From Podarcis erhardii (lineage: Eukaryota): 64,000 bases of DNA. The DNA lies in NCBI GenBank assembly GCA_964252035.1, contig OZ176203.1; one strand, written 5' to 3'. Position 1 is the stretch's first letter; every line of letters starts with the position of its first letter. The notes beneath the pieces were generated by a model that was given only the letters and a program-made list of their open reading frames with translations, was not told the DNA's origin and ran no database searches. A program made the translations under genes and the position numbers. Below are positions 14,701 to 29,086 of the stretch, piece after piece.

Positions 14701-17057
14701 GTGCACTGTATACCCAACAGATATAAACATGGTTGCTCCTTTAACTTTGGTTCAGTGTTCATGGACACAAGAAGAAGGGACGCAGGTGGTCCTAATGTCC
14801 TCATATAAATAAAAGGTTTGAGGTGTAACTTTTTAATGTGGATACATAAAGTGACTTGATTTGAGAACTGCATAATGACAATTATTTGTGCATTTTACAT
14901 ATTTAATCTTGTACCAGCGCATGTACAATTTTGGTGCCATGTTTTCTTTTGCCTTTCTAGTGTAACATCAGTGAAAGTCAATAAAAATATATTTTTTAAA
15001 TCTACATTTTTATAACATAGCTGAAGTATGTGTCTGTAGGTAACTGAGTGTATGTAGCATTAAACAGAAGAAGATCTCTCATCACTTGCAGTTTCTGTCA
15101 AGGTTCTTACATCTTGTATTTCTTCTAGAAATGAAAGACGGTGTATAAATTCTTTTAATTATAACTACAATTTATCTTCTGTTCACCACATCTTCAAGTA
15201 CTTCAAGGTAATTGAAGGATTGCTTCATCTATGTAGACTACTTCAGAGCTGCAACAGTTCAGTTGAGCTGCATTATAAATTTCTGACGAAGGAGTATTGG
15301 AATCACAAGTTTTCCTTTGTGAACAGCGCTTTGTTAATAGCTTTTAGGTTTTAGCACAAAGATGGTAGAGATGAGACAGAATGAATTGGCTCAACTCTTG
15401 GGTATCCCAGGGAGGAAGAAGAAACACCCTAACCTGTGTGCATATATATGACAACAGGTTCCCATAGTCTCACAGGAGAATCCAAAGGGATCTCGCAGAA
15501 CAGGAGTCCAAGGGGAGAGTACCCCAACCCACAATTTCTACCTAATGCCAAAGCACCACCTGTACTCATGGAAAGCAACCAGCTTGCATCTAAATATAAA
15601 ACCTGCAGCTACATAATTGTAACAATACAAATTAGATTTAAGATTTCTTTCTATACAGAATTCTAGAGTCATGAATGTAGTATCTTTCATTGAAAAGTTC
15701 ATGTGTTCACAACTAGCTGGAGTGGGCTTTGCCAACCACAAGATTGAGTCCAAGACCAAATAGGAATCACTGTGGTCTGCAAAATACTGCTGGCTCATTA
15801 CAGTTCTTTTGCTATGAAGCTGACTAACGAGTTTCATTTCTATAGAGCTATTAAATAGAAGGCAGAAATGTGCACTATTTGTTCCATTACAAGTGAAGAT
15901 TTAGGACCATAAATAGATTCAGGGTCCCCAATCTTTTAATCTACATTTATAAACTGAACAGTGTGCCTAGTGTTAGCAAAGTAATCAGAACAAAGGTGAC
16001 GTTTCCCCTTTTTGATGGATGTGGCAGTACTTAAATTACATCAGCTGTCAAGAATAAGCCAGAAACAAGGTCTGCTCAGAGGAGCCATGCCTAATGAGCA
16101 CAGCAGCTCTTCTCAGTAGGTGAAGCAGTTGTGTCCCCACCTTCCCAAACTGCCTAAGGCTCCTCTACCAGGTCCATCCCAAGCAATCTGTGACTCTCCG
16201 GGCACACCTGTCTTTTCTCCTCCTCCTTCATACCATTCCTGGTCTTGGGAGACCGAGGGAAGGGCTTTCACAGCAGGAGGGAGAGGCACTCTGGCTTCTT
16301 CACCAGCCCAACTCATCTCTGGCTCTTGGCTTCCCTCCTCCTGCTTCTGATTCTGAACTTCTCTCTGCAACAAACTTTCCCTGTTCACTGAACCCTGTTA
16401 GCTTTTCAGATTATGACAATACCACCTCCCAGTCTTCTCCCTATGACCACTCATCATCCTCCCACCACCAATCCCTGGGCTTGAGCCTTTTTCACTTGGG
16501 GGTTCCCTAGCTGGTGCATCCCACCATTTCTCTGTCTTCACCCATAGAATCCATGATTTCGATTCTCTTCCTCAATGTATCAGCTTTTGTATTGGTTTGT
16601 AGGGAAGAGAAGCATATGCAGCCAGTGTTCATCATTCTGCTTACCGGAGGCTGGTTCTGTAAGAATTCACAATATATATTGCATGGGGCTCCCGTGGAAT
16701 CCAAGCCATTCTTTATTTTCCCAATTATATCTTCACTTTACATATGATTTTATGAAGTCTCAAGATTGTCTTCTGTCTCTACATGCAAAGCATGAATACA
16801 CTATACCTGCAGGTTGTAATATATTTTGGTAGGAAGATGAGAAATGTTTGTAATTTTTCCTCTTGTTTGGTTTGTAAAAGTAGACATGAGCAGTGTTGTT
16901 ACTTAACATCCAGTTCCATAGACCACATTTAATTCAGAAAGGCAGTGTCTTATTAATATTTATTCAACGTACACATTCCAGTGCACTGTAAAAGGCAACC
17001 TGTTAAATTTTTGCCTGGATATTACCGTAGGTTTTTTAAGAAATTGCATTTTAGCTA

Positions 17058-17379
17058 CTACAGAGCCTAGGGCTTGCCGATCAGAAGGTTGGCAGTTCAA
17101 ATCCCCGCGACGGGGTGAGCTCCCGTTGCTCGGTCCCAGCTCCTGCCAACCTAGCAGTTCGAAAGCATGCCAAAAAGTGCAAGTAGATAAATAGGTACCG
17201 CTCCAGCAGGAAGGCAAACAGTGTTTCCGTGCACTGCTCTGGTTCGCCAGAAGCGGCTTAGTCATGCTGGCCACATGACCCGGAAACTACGCCGGCTCCC
17301 TTGGCCAGTAAAGCGAGATGAGTGCCGCAACCCCAGAGTTGTCTGCGACTGGACCTAACGGTCAGGGGTACCTTTACCT
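17058..17379 (+). mobile_element. Sauria SINE, 5' truncated
   Basis: Same family as 8282/24911; lacks the A-box region; ACCTTTACCT tail. Confidence 0.9.
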
Positions 17380-19133
17380 AACTTTGGTTATTTAAAGCTT
17401 GCTATCTGGTAAGAGAAGGATAGCTCTCGGATCCAAAATGCACAGTAGCTTTTATAAAGAGTAAATGCAACATTCAGGGTCATCTTCTGTATTTTCCTTT
17501 CAGTCTATTTGTAAATGACATTTTACAAATCCAGAATGCTTCAAAATAATTCCTAATTAAGGGGACTGAATTGAACAGCATCTTGCTTTACATAATGTAA
17601 GAGTTATTGTTTCTGTAGTCACTTTGTCAAGATTTAACAGTGCTTGTGTTTTGGCTATGTTTGATATTGCCACCTGAAAAAAACTATTGATTTGTCTCAT
17701 TTAATACACTCCTTGGATGTTTCTTCATCATAATTGAAGTACTGTAAGTACTTGTAAAATCCCACAAGAAAGGGGAACCTTGTAGTTGTTGGGGTTTTTT
17801 TGTTTATTCTTCAGTCTTAAGCATATAATATAATAACACTTAGGTTACACAGAAAGTGCAAACTTACAAAAATAGTAAATTATAGCTGATTCAGGGTAAC
17901 ATACTAGTGGGCCAAAAGCCCATCTTTTTTATTTTGTGGGGAACCTGAGCATGTCAATTCTTGTCAGCTCCGTGATTTCAGTTATATTATAGGAGAGTGG
18001 CAGACGAAAAGAATTAGGAATCTCTTTCTCCTTTTGTACAGGAGTTGTTAAAAATGCTGCATATACAACTTTGGAGAGAACAAGTTCAGGAATATTGGAA
18101 TTGGAGGGAAATACATTTATTAGGACTAGTCAATGTTAGTTTACCTAGCTTTGTGCTCCATTTCTGACTGAGGGGGGGAAATGCCTTTCTTAAGAAAACA
18201 CAGTTTAAAATTCTGTCTGCAGTCTTATTTCAGCTTTATGGCAACAGTGAAGGAAACTTCTGAAGGCTCTTAAACTAAGATATGTTAGAAGAAGGAAGCA
18301 GGGAGAACATAGTGGTGAGCAGTTAGCCATATCTGCGTATTCGATATCAGAACTTGAAGATCTTTGTAAAGCAAAGTACGGAAGCAAAGAAGAAATATAA
18401 TAATCCTCATGCTGAAAAAATACAGATAAGTTATTTAATGTGAAATGAAAACATGGCACCATAATTATGTATGTTTGCAGTACATTTCTGCAGTAACTCT
18501 TTAAGTGAAGTTTTCCCCAATTGGTCTCTCTGTTATTTGTTCACCACAGTTTCAAGATCATTCTGTTGTACTTTCTATTTTTGGATGCCAAAGGGTTAAA
18601 ACTTTCAGTTCAGCTTCTTTATCTTATTATTATTATTATTATTATTTATTTAATGCTTTAACGGTCTTAGGCTGGGGTCTGAGGAACCTATGGAAAAAAA
18701 ACTTGTTCACTTCTGCAGTGCTGTAGCAAGAGTTTTATTCTTTAATCCCATGTATTAGCTACTTTTTTCGTGTAGGCATAGTTGGTAATTCTCTTTACAT
18801 GCAATTTACCAAAATTTAAAGTAACAGAAGCCATGACTTGACAATTTGTTTCTAGTACATATCATGTTTACATTTCAGAGAACTGACAGAATTACAATGG
18901 GCTTCAGGATGAAAATCCGTGCTTGAGAGTCCGTGCTTGAGTCAGGCGCTCTGTCTCATTGTTAAGGTGGTCACATGATGATGGCTTAATAATAATTATG
19001 TGCTACTGCACTTTATGTATGTTAATATAACTTTTAATCTTAATGTTGCCTGCAAATATGTGATCCCTTATGATGTAAGTTTCCTGTTTTATGCACCATT
19101 GCCCGTTTTTTTTTTTAAATCAAAGAGAAGATT

Positions 19134-19369
19134 NNNNNNNNNNNNNNNNNNNNNNNNNNNNNNNNNNNNNNNNNNNNNNNNNNNNNNNNNNNNNNNNNNN
19201 NNNNNNNNNNNNNNNNNNNNNNNNNNNNNNNNNNNNNNNNNNNNNNNNNNNNNNNNNNNNNNNNNNNNNNNNNNNNNNNNNNNNNNNNNNNNNNNNNNNN
19301 NNNNNNNNNNNNNNNNNNNNNNNNNNNNNNNNNNNNNNNNNNNNNNNNNNNNNNNNNNNNNNNNNNNNN
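19134..19369. other. Assembly gap (236 N)
   Basis: Run of N. Confidence 1.
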
Positions 19370-22300
19370 CTAGGAATTCAGATATAGCATATATAGATTT
19401 GCATGCTTTTGCTTACCCTAATTACAGTTTTATAAAAAAAATTGTAAACTAACAATATATTAAGTTTGATTATTTTTAAATGGGCATATTACATTAAGAA
19501 TTGAGGTTTTATTTTCTTAAGATTGTCTCATGGCATTAATGAAGAAACATTTTAAGCTACAGATAAAGTGGCAATCACCCCAATTTAGGGTTTTTTTAAT
19601 TAAAAAAAACTTTTTTAACCCTCCCTTTTTTTAGAGTTTTAAGTAGGCCTATGTTTTGTTCAAAGTATGTGACATTATAAGTGGATGATACATTCAGGAT
19701 GCGAGTGGTATTCAACTCCCCTTTCCCTCCCCTCCACCCAGTAAGCCAGATGCAAAATTGCAAGGGAGAAAAGACTAGGGGCAAGTTTCCTTTTGTCAAC
19801 TCAGAAAATTAACTCAGTAGACCCCCTATCGCATTTGTATGTTTATAAACCTCCTAGGGATACTTTTTGGAAATTTGAATCATGCCTCAATGATTGTAAT
19901 TAGCAAGGTGATTAAAAAAAAATAGGTTGATGCTCTTAAGTGTTTGCTCTCTGTATTTCCCCCTGTTAAATCAGTTCATCCTATTGGAATTATCTTGAAA
20001 AATCGATTATCTGACCACATGTATAGGATGGACTACCCTTTTCCTTAGGTCACCTTATTGAAAAGAAGCAGTAGTTATATATATCTGACAGAGAGCAATC
20101 TCCTGGCACTTGAGATTCCTGCAGTGAAAGTTAACTTTGCATTTAGGATTAGGTTGAAATTCCTATTGTAGTCAAGGAATATCTACTTGATGACTGATCA
20201 ATTGGAGTCTGATATGCCCATGAATCTTAATGGCAAGATTGCAATATATTTATACTTAAAGATTGTATGCTGCATCACTGCCATCCTTTAATAGTTGGTT
20301 TATAATATCACAACAGTCTCAAATGAATCATGGCCCTAGAATGGATGTCATGGTGACATAGCTAAATGGAAACTCAAAACAAGAAGAGTGAGATCCACAG
20401 ATGAGAAGACTCCTTGTCAAGACTAATCAGTAGTAATGAAGATTCTGGAAGCAGCACATTGCCCGAGAGGAAAATGGATGAGACAAAGGGGGAGAAATCT
20501 ACTATGAATGTTACCCTTAGTACTACAAACAAAGGTATACATGTACATCACTGTTAAAGGTCAGAAGATAAAGAATTTAACTCAGATGAAGTTTAATCAT
20601 GTATAATTATATGTACATTCAGATACCTCACAACAAAATTCTATGAAAAGCATTTGGATTACTAATTTTGTTCAAACTGACCTTTTGCATTTGGAAGGAC
20701 ACAGTTCTTGCCCCCCCAACCTCTGAACTTTAGTATTCCTGTTTTTATCTCGGTAAACTCTTGAATATGTCCTATGCCACCCTAGATTAGAGAGCTTCTA
20801 TTCCCACCATCCAAGATTATAGGTCTGGTTTTGTTTTGTTTTTTTAAAGCATATAACCATCTCTTATTGCAACAGCAGCAACAGAAGTTAATATCAGCAG
20901 GACAAGTCTAACTTCTGTGCTCGTTTGCAATCTCACATGTTGATCTTTGTATATTGTCTTCGCAGGCTTGCACTATTTCATGAGGGGTAGAAGGGCCATC
21001 TAGGTGCAACATTTCAATAGGGCTTGATTTCTGTTTTTTCTGACTTCGATTCTATTTCACGAATTATTCTTGATGAATAAAACCTTTGTGCTCTTGCTTA
21101 AGTATCTTTTCCTTTCCGGTTTAAAGCTCAAATTAGTTCTAGCGTTATGTGTTACTACCAGTTACGATTTGTTTCACGTAAAAAAAACATTGAGGGAAGC
21201 CAACCAGGTGTATCATAGGATTGAATGAGAATGATAGCAAAAAGGGAATAATTTTGCAGGACCATTTTTCAAAAATGAACAGGAAGACTCTTTTCACCTT
21301 GACCTTTTCTTCGTAACACAAAGTTATGTATTTGAGTAGGTCTCAAGGCCTGCTGCAAGTTAATGATCTAGATTTTTTGCACTAGCAGGTTAATCTGTAT
21401 ACCAGTGATCAAGTTCACAATACTTTGTGAGTGCATTTGCTTTTTTGTTAGAGGGCCAAGATTATAGATCAAATCAATCACTCTTTTAACATGCAGTATT
21501 CCCTTATGTTCATACTCATATTTATTTCTTTGGGTAGGTTTGAAATAATAAAAGCTGCCTTAATTCTTGGGATTGGGGCAAATAAACTTCTGTGCCATTC
21601 TGTTCTTGAAGATCCTCTTGCTGATCCTTGCAACTGCCTTTCTCAGAATTCCCAGATACTACTTTTAAGCTTATTGCTTTCATCAGATAAAACTTCCTTA
21701 ACAGAAAACATGAAAGTCTCTAGGTGTTTATAAGAAAAGGAAGCTTTGAGAAAGTCTTAATTAGATCTCACACATACCTCCCCTTTAAATTTAGTGGCTT
21801 TGGTGAATAGAAAAAGGGAACAGCTTTCTTTTGAAAAACCTACGCAATTTTTTCTCTTCTTTTTCCCTTGCTCCTGTTATTCCAAGATTCAGCATGTGCT
21901 AGTCTGGGCCCCGGGTTATCTTTTATTTGCCACGCTGAATGGGTGACATTTTGCTTTATAAAATGTCCTTCACAAAATTGTACACTCCTCTTGTTCTTTT
22001 TTTTTTCAGGGAAATTCCCTAAGGTTGAATCCTTGTGATTTAATATTCTTATTAATCTCCACTCTCAAAAACTCGTGAGTTTCCACTTTATTGATTCTAT
22101 CTTCCTGCCGTTTATTTGCTTCATATTTGGAGCTTTCAATACAGCTTTAAAAAAGGCACGGAGGCTTGGGGACTGAAGTAGAAAGTCAGACCCATGGTGA
22201 ATGGGGTATCTTGTTCTGCTGTGGAATCTCACATTCCTGGACCTCTATAGGCTATATCTTGTTGCCATTTTGGCAGTTTGCTGCCTCCTGGTTATCCGTA

Positions 22301-22630
22301 ATGCAATGACAATAATCCAACACTGCCCCTCCATTCACAGTTTTGTGTCTAATAGGTGATTTGGATTCTGAGCCCTCTTTCCTCCTCCCAGTGGCCCAAG
22401 TAACTTTCAGGCCTAGGAAGGAGTGGAGCTGCCAAGTTCTTTTAGGGGAGGTGTGCCCAAGCAGTCCCATTGGAACTCAGGACTGGAGAGAGCAAGTGGA
22501 GTGAGGAAAGTGGATTCTATTGAACCCTATGCCAACCCTCATCTATGTTCAGATAGCTTGCCCCATTTGTTAAAAAACTTTTTTGTTGTTGTTCAGTCAC
22601 ACACTAGATGGTTCATCTAGCAAATAAGCT

Positions 22631-23438
22631 ACATTCTTTCACTGAAATCTTCCTTCATTGGTCCATCTACCTATTCACAGATAATTAGCTACATAGCTAA
22701 AAAAGAAGCTCATGCATCATTACAAGTATTTGGCTCTTCCTGGACTTCCTAGGGAACATTTCCTTGCTATTCTTTTGTGCTATTTTGTTCATTACTACTT
22801 TATTGTCCTTTAGAGTATGTCCTTTAGAGTATGTTTAGAGTATGTCAATATTTTTTATTGTCAAGGCAAATCATGAATTCCTCAACTTAAACTGCATCTG
22901 TCTTACCATCTTTCAGTTTTAGAAGTTCAGAGACTAATAAATCTTTCTGTACCGATGATCATGAGCTAAAATAGTGAATAATATATTACTACTTATGATG
23001 TCACAAATTTTGAAATAAGCTGTGAGCTTAATAAACATTCTTTCACTGAAATCTTCCTTCATTGGTCCATCTACCTATTCACAGATAATTAGCTACATAG
23101 CTAAAAAAGAAGCTCATGCATCATTACAAGTATTTGGCTCTTCCTGGACTTCCTAGGGAACATTTCCTTGCTATTCTTTTGTGCTATTTTGTTCATTACT
23201 ACTTTATTGTCCTTTAGAGTATGTCCTTTAGAGTATGTTTAGAGTATGTCAATATTTTTTATTGTCAAGGCAAATCATGAATTCCTCAACTTAAACTGCA
23301 TCTGTCTTACCATCTTTCAGTTTTAGAAGTTCAGAGACTAATAAATCTTTCTGTACCCATGATCATGAGCTAAAATAGTGAATAATATATTACTACTTAT
23401 GATGTCACAAATTTTGAAATAAGCTGTGAGCTTAATAA
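22631..23438. repeat. 404-bp tandem duplication (2 copies) in ANKRD10 intron 3
   Basis: 22631-23034 and 23035-23438 are identical by eye except one substitution (gtaccGatg vs gtaccCatg). Confidence 0.95.
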
Positions 23439-23932
23439 AAACCACAGTAGCAAAATAAAGCACTATATGTGGATATATATGTACAGAATTTATTGCACGT
23501 GCATACCTAGTTTTTATGATTAGGAAGAACGGCGATGTATTTTTGTGGTGTTAGATTCTAGAATGCCATGGACAACTATTCTATAACAGTTTTCTCGAGT
23601 ATTTTGTTCAGATAATTCATTTTATCAAATAAATTAGTAAAACGAGTTGAATTAAGAGTCTGAAGTTTGTGTAAGAGTTCAGATACTTCAGACCATAGGC
23701 AAGAAATTTTAGCCTTTTTAGACATTTAAATAGGAAGCTTTTACTTTTTGTGTCACTTGATACTTAATTGTACTGCTTCCCAAACTTTGTTTAGAATACA
23801 GATATGTGCTAAGGGATTAGTTACATAATATAACATTTGATAATTTAAAACCCTTAATGGGAATTTGCAAAATTTTCATCACCTTAGTAGAATCAGCAGC
23901 AACCACCAGGTTATGTTTATTATGGGGTATAA

Positions 23933-24253
<321 letters not shown>

Positions 24254-24910
24254 TAATGGAAAACCATGGTGGTTCTTTGTGGTCTCTGTGCACTCACACA
24301 TGTGGGTTCAGCACCTGCACAGAGCTCATTCAGGAGACTTCTAAAGCTCGCAATATGTGCATGTACCGAAGGGTTTCCCCCCCCCCCAAAAAAAAACTCT
24401 GTTCTCTTTCAACTACTCCAAGAACTCTTCTTGGCTAAAAAAAGTTTGGAGGTGGCAGCTCTACAGTCACAAGAGATTTCTGTTTGCACAATGGAACTTT
24501 CTTGTTTCCTCCAGCCCCCCCCCCCCATTTGTCCTCAAATCTAGTTGGGGAACCCTCAAGCAGATGGGGGCGGGGCGGCATATAGGGGAAGGAGAGGAAA
24601 CAAGTCCCTTTTACCAGTGCAACCCCAGTGTTGCAGCAACAGACACAACCCAAATCTGTCTACAGAAGAACTCTTATTTTCCCACATCCTTTTCTCCTCT
24701 CTTAAAAACATAAAACCAGATGCTGTGCGTGCCCCGTGATGCAGTTGCTGTACAGAATGTAGGCCGCAGTGTGGTCCACTGTTGTGTAAAGAAACTTGTA
24801 TGAACTTAGAACTATTTTCAACCATGCCAATGAAACTGTCTCAAAATGTTCCTGTCCAATTTACTTTTCCCTGTGAGTTATCTTAAATATGCTAACTACA
24901 GTTGTTAAAG

Positions 24911-25266
24911 GGACACGGGTGGTGCTGTGGGTTAAACCACAGAGCCTAGGACTTGCCGATCAGAAGGTTGGCGGTTCGAATCCCTGTGACGGGGTGAGCT
25001 CCCGTTGCTCGGTCCCTGCTCCTGCCAACCTAGCAGTTTGAAAGCACGTCAAAGTGCAAGTAGATAAATAGGTACCGCTCCGGCGGGAAGGTAAATGGCG
25101 TTTCCGTGCACTGCTCTGGCTCACCAGAAGTGACTTAGTCATGCTGACCCCATGACCCAGAAGCTGTACGCCAGCTCCCTTGGCCAATAAAGCGAGATGA
25201 GTGCCGCAACCCCAGAGTCAGCCACAACTGAACCTAACGGTCAGGGATCCTTTTACCCTTTACCTT
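24911..25266 (+). mobile_element. Sauria SINE, full length
   Basis: A/B boxes, ACCTTT tail, perfect 14-bp TSD tacagttgttaaag (24897-24910, 25267-25280). Confidence 0.92.
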
Positions 25267-25437
25267 TACAGTTGTTAAAGATACGGTTTCGTCCATTAGA
25301 CTTACTGAAGTCCATGGGGTGTTTGTTACTTTTGAAGGGGCTGGTCTGAGTAGGCCTAGCATTAAATTCCACCTATAAAATGTTACTGTAGTTAAATAAG
25401 AAATATTCACCAGTTTAAATCATTCTTTCCTAAACAG

Positions 25438-25533
25438 GTCAAAGTTTTGGTGGTCTGATATCTTTCATAAATGGAGGAACTGAAGATGATGCTGACAATA
25501 TGCATGTTGACAGAGAATTTCCTGTTATATCAG
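25438..25533 (+). CDS. ANKRD10: ANKRD10 coding exon 5
   Basis: Acceptor ttctttcctaaacAG, weak donor CAG|GTGGGA; 96 nt encoding (G)QSFGGLISFINGGTEDDADNMHVDREFPVIS; phases fit both flanking exons. Confidence 0.93.
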
Positions 25534-28500
25534 GTGGGAGTGGACAGTTTCCTGTTAACCACAACAGCATTCAAATGGTTGAAGATACCATGCAGAAGAG
25601 TGGTTCTATTGGACCCAAAGAGATTGAAATATACACAGTTTCTGCAATGCAGACTCCTTGTCGTTGCAAGAATCAGTATGCATATTATCTCTAACTTAAT
25701 CTTACTGCACATGTCCCAAAGTCTTAAAACTTATTTGCGTTGCTAAAATACCTTTATAAGACTTTTTTAAAATAGCAAGATTATCAGTTTTGTAGAAGAT
25801 GTAAGATATGAGGGAAGATGTTGATGACAGATCCAGATAGATGATCACGTGGTTGTTCCTGTCTAGAGACCTGCATGCCTTGTGCCTTGATCAGAGGTGA
25901 TCCTACATGCTTCTTGGAAGAATATTCAGCATTTGATTAATGCAGCAATTATTTATTGTAATTAAAAAAGGTAAAGCTGATTGCACTGCCTTAATAATCG
26001 TCTGATCAGTGTATAGGATTGTAAATTTAGCTCAGCAAATGCTACCAGTTTTGCTTCGAAGGTAGCCTGAGTGCGTTAAAGCAATAGGATGGGTCCAGGG
26101 GCAAGCATGTCTAATGAGTCTTGCTCATGACAGTACCCTGAAAGTGTCCCACTGAGTATTGGGGGCCCTCCTGAATGTGGTGCAGGGGGGAGAGGAATCG
26201 CAAAACCTAGTGCCTCCATCTGGTTTTCAGATTTTACCTGGAGGGGCATACCACAACCTGTCCCATTTAGCAGGGTCCCCTGTCCCTTGGAACATTGGGG
26301 GGGGGGTATTAAAGCTGCCAGAGTGGACTGAGGGATCCAACCTGATATCTATGTCTTGGTTTTATTTTTAGTATTCAACTAAATTGATAGTTAATGGATG
26401 CTTTGGAGCTTGAGTTACTATTTGCAACCCATGAAGAAAATCCTATTCGTACTCCTTTGTTGAAGCCCAGTCACTAGTCACTCTTCCCATTTCAAGGGCT
26501 GCTGGAAATGCATGAAAATTCGTCTTTTCTCCTAAGGGCTTCCTCTGTCACTTCAGTGGAGAAAGCTGCCAAATGCATGCAAAGAGCATACAATGTGCAG
26601 AGCTGCTTCAGCTTCCACTGTGATGAAGGGAGATGATTGCGCACACTATTCTCTTAGAGTATGTTTTTCATGCTCCACACAACAATCTGGATCAGCCCAG
26701 ATCTGTTAAAACTTCAGACTGGTGGTAGTTCTATATTTTAAATGACTTATTGATGCACTTTTGCATCTGGTAATGTGCACATTCGTTCTGGAGAGAATAT
26801 TTCTCATCTCTGGTGTATAGGAACATAAAGTGGATTGGGTTATAGTTATTGCTGTATAAAATGGAAGGGGGCAGAATCTAATGACCCTTGATACTGCTTT
26901 TTAAATAGAAAACTAATTGTAACTCCTCACATTGTGTTGTCCCAGTAAATTCAACGTAAGTGTTCATATAGTCATTAGAAACACGCCTACATGAATCTAA
27001 CACAAACTTTAATGAGGCGTTTTTTGTTGAGTAAGGCTGTTAAGTAACTTACGTAACAACTTGAGTTGTTTCCATTATATTTGAACTAATGGATGATGCT
27101 CATTGTTGCTGAAACAGATTTCCCCTTGCTGTCCTCCCCATCCCAGAATCTGTTTGAGTGTCCCCCAACTCTCTAAAGCAAATTTGGATGGCTGCAGGGG
27201 AAGGAGAGGAAGGGAAAGTTCATTGTATGAGCATTTCTGCTAGCTGACAGTCACAACTGGATAGTGCTCAATGATTTTGCATGGTATCTAATACAGTCTC
27301 CCCACATCTGCTGTAGAGAACTGGGGAATCACAAAAAATTCTTCCTCCTCCATTCTGCTAACAGATGCTGCCCTCTTTTAAACATACTGATATAAAATAC
27401 TGGTATGCCAAATAATATTTCCCTTTTTCTAATACACTGAATGATTTTTTTTGGGGGGGGTGTAATATTGCTAGAATATAGCATTTTGCCAAAACAGGGC
27501 TGAAATTGAGCTATGAGGCAAAAACACCTTCATTTTTTTCATGAACTTCTGCATGTGCCCAAAGATCATCCCTAGAATCCATGTAAAATACTGACTTGTC
27601 AAACACAGAATGCCTTTTTTTACATGTAAGAGAATTTTTTACCTTGGTGATTTAATTTATTTTTGCCAAATTGATATTTTTATGTCCTGCTACTGCTTCT
27701 AGTCCCATTACATATAAACATTCTCTTTAAAAAAGAAGTATAACTAATGAGATAATGTTTACAGAAAACAATTATTTTGCACTAATAAGTAATGAGAAAA
27801 GAGACCATTGGCTTGTTGCAAAATTTTTTAAAAACACTAGATCTCTATACATTTTGCTGTGGCCATTCATGGTGTTTTTGCAGCAGGGTTGTACCGACTT
27901 GAAATTCCACTCTAAGGAAGAACATAGATTTATTCTGTGTCTAATATTAAATATAAGATTGATATAAAATAAGTTTTGATATTAAGACATGTTGCATAAT
28001 CATTCTTGCATTTGCATAAGGCTTTTGATATGCCTGCTTTACTGTGTGCTCATCTGAAATTTAATAAAGCAGAGTTAATTAATATTGGCGTAACCTTTAA
28101 TGCTTTGAAATTCCAGGCTACTCACACATTTAGTTTGTATTTCATAGTAGGGAGTTTTATATTCTAGTTAAGAAGTACATCTAACCTTTTCTTTCTCCGA
28201 TTGTCCAAAATATTGCTTGCAGTTTTGTATGATCCCTTTAATAACTGTTAGAAATGTACTTACATACAACTCCTATGCATCTTAACTTAAAAATAAATTC
28301 CATTGTCTTCAATGGAGCTTATCTTCAAGGAAGTGCATGTGCAGGATTGTGATCTTAACAGATTAACATTTTGAGCTTAGTTTAGCTGGAGCAGCATTAT
28401 GTAAATTTTAATTGCACCTTGTACAGAAATTTTGTTTATAAAATGTTTTACCAGACACCTCTGTTTCTAAGGTGTATTAGTAAACTATAATTGCCTAAAG

Positions 28501-28588
28501 CATGAGGCTGCACTGGGTTTGTTTTGACCTTAATTTGGAAATATTTTAATAAAACTGCAAAAAAAATGGAAGAGAGCTTTTATTTTGA

Positions 28589-29086
<498 letters not shown>

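Noticed and set aside
18970-19060. ATGATGA C-box-like motif suggesting a C/D snoRNA (similar motif near 25820)
   Set aside because: No suitably spaced CTGA D box or terminal stem.
19000-19452. ORFs of 150 and 98 aa
   Set aside because: Artefacts of translating through the N gap.
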